Assembly (NCBI GenBank): GCA_030264375.1
Contig: JASCQW010000162.1
Location: 19,201,546-19,265,545, forward strand
DNA: 64,000 nucleotides
Source of the DNA: Carcharhinus longimanus
Taxonomy: Eukaryota
Direction of reading: 5' to 3'
Both the position numbers and the translations under genes were made by a program. Positions 63,388 through 64,000 of the stretch are shown here, piece after piece. Each line of letters opens with the position of its first letter. Position 1 is the first letter of the stretch. The notes beneath the pieces were generated by a model. It was not told where the DNA came from and did not search any database. It saw only the letters and a program-made list of their open reading frames with translations.

Positions 63388-63535
63388 AGAAAATGTTGGA
63401 AATACTCAGCAGGGCTTGCAGCATCAGATAGACTATTGTTCATCTCTCCATAGATATTGCCTGAGATGTTGAGTATATACAACAATTTCTGCTTTTATTT
63501 CAGATTTCCACCACCACGCAGTGTTTTGCTTTTGT
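63388..63535. mobile_element. Penelope-like family 2 remnant in fold-back form (hammerhead deleted)
   Basis: TGTTGGAAATACTCAGCAGG..GCAGCATC is followed by its approximate inverse GATATTGCCTGAGATGTTGAGTATATACAACA and TTTCAGATTTCCA. Confidence 0.55.
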
Positions 63536-63624
63536 TTATACAGAAGTTGGCAGTGTTGCATATTCTGATTTTTTTTTGACATGAAAACATCCTAATTTGA
63601 TTTGTTCTTCTGTTTGCATTTCAG

Positions 63625-63629
63625 AATGA
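63625..63629 (+). CDS. IRS1: IRS1 exon 2 coding bases (complete the final Glu codon and the TGA stop)
   Basis: Exon 1 ends ...AGG GAA G| and exon 2 begins |AA TGA, giving a C-terminus of ...KPTEREE*. Confidence 0.8.
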
Positions 63630-64000
63630 CATCTCCTTAATCCTCGGCAAGCTTTGCACGGACTTGATGAGTACCTAGGCTTTCAATAATTTGTACAGTA
63701 CAACTAGGACCTCATGCTCTTTCACATAAAGAATGGTACGACAGATCAAAATCACTCCAGTTAGCTGCAAAAAAACCTCAGGACATAATTTTCTGACTGG
63801 ATTGCATTTTCGCCCATGTATATGTCAGTGAGGTGCACAGTGTGCGCTGCGACACATGCACTACAGCGAATCTGCCTTTCTTCCCTCATCAGCACATTCT
63901 ACTTCAACAATCTCCGTAAACAGAAATGGAAAGACTGCCAGCAATGCAATTCAGATGCCTAACCTGGACTGGAAACACACAAGCATTAACCTTGACTTTC
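63630..64000 (+). other. IRS1: IRS1 exon 2, 3'UTR (continues beyond the window)
   Basis: Non-repetitive sequence after the acceptor. It contains CAACTAGGACCTCAT and ATGGTACGA, blocks I recall from the proximal 3'UTR of mammalian IRS1. Confidence 0.8.

Larger units (their letters stand above)
6753..63624 (+). other. IRS1: IRS1 intron (~56.9 kb, phase 1)
   Basis: GTAAGG donor at 6753 and a polypyrimidine tract TTTGTTCTTCTGTTTGCATTTCAG acceptor ending at 63624. The two-exon layout with one large intron matches vertebrate IRS1 and IRS2. Confidence 0.85.

Overview
Eukaryotic vertebrate DNA, most likely an elasmobranch (shark/ray) draft assembly, judging by HE1-like V-SINEs, DeuSINEs and CR1/L2/RTE/Rex1 LINE relics, plus many N gaps. 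The window holds one protein-coding gene, IRS1 (insulin receptor substrate 1, + strand). It has a GC-rich promoter (~1.9-3.4 kb), a large coding exon 1 (ATG 3399 to splice donor 6752/6753), a ~56.9 kb intron (6753-63624) and exon 2 starting at 63625, which supplies the last codon, the stop and the 3'UTR. As assembled, exon 1 has a +1 frameshift at ~6490 where the conserved HSSASFENVWL segment is missing. The intron is packed with decayed transposons: two Gypsy-type LTR elements, a pogo-type DNA transposon, and many LINEs and SINEs. It also carries several short Penelope-like repeats containing minimal type I hammerhead ribozyme motifs, one with a compensatory U3-A8 core pair. There are also several local direct and inverted duplications. 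There are no prokaryotic features, CRISPR arrays or intact tRNA/rRNA genes. Repeat boundaries are approximate and family names come from recognised motifs, not database searches.
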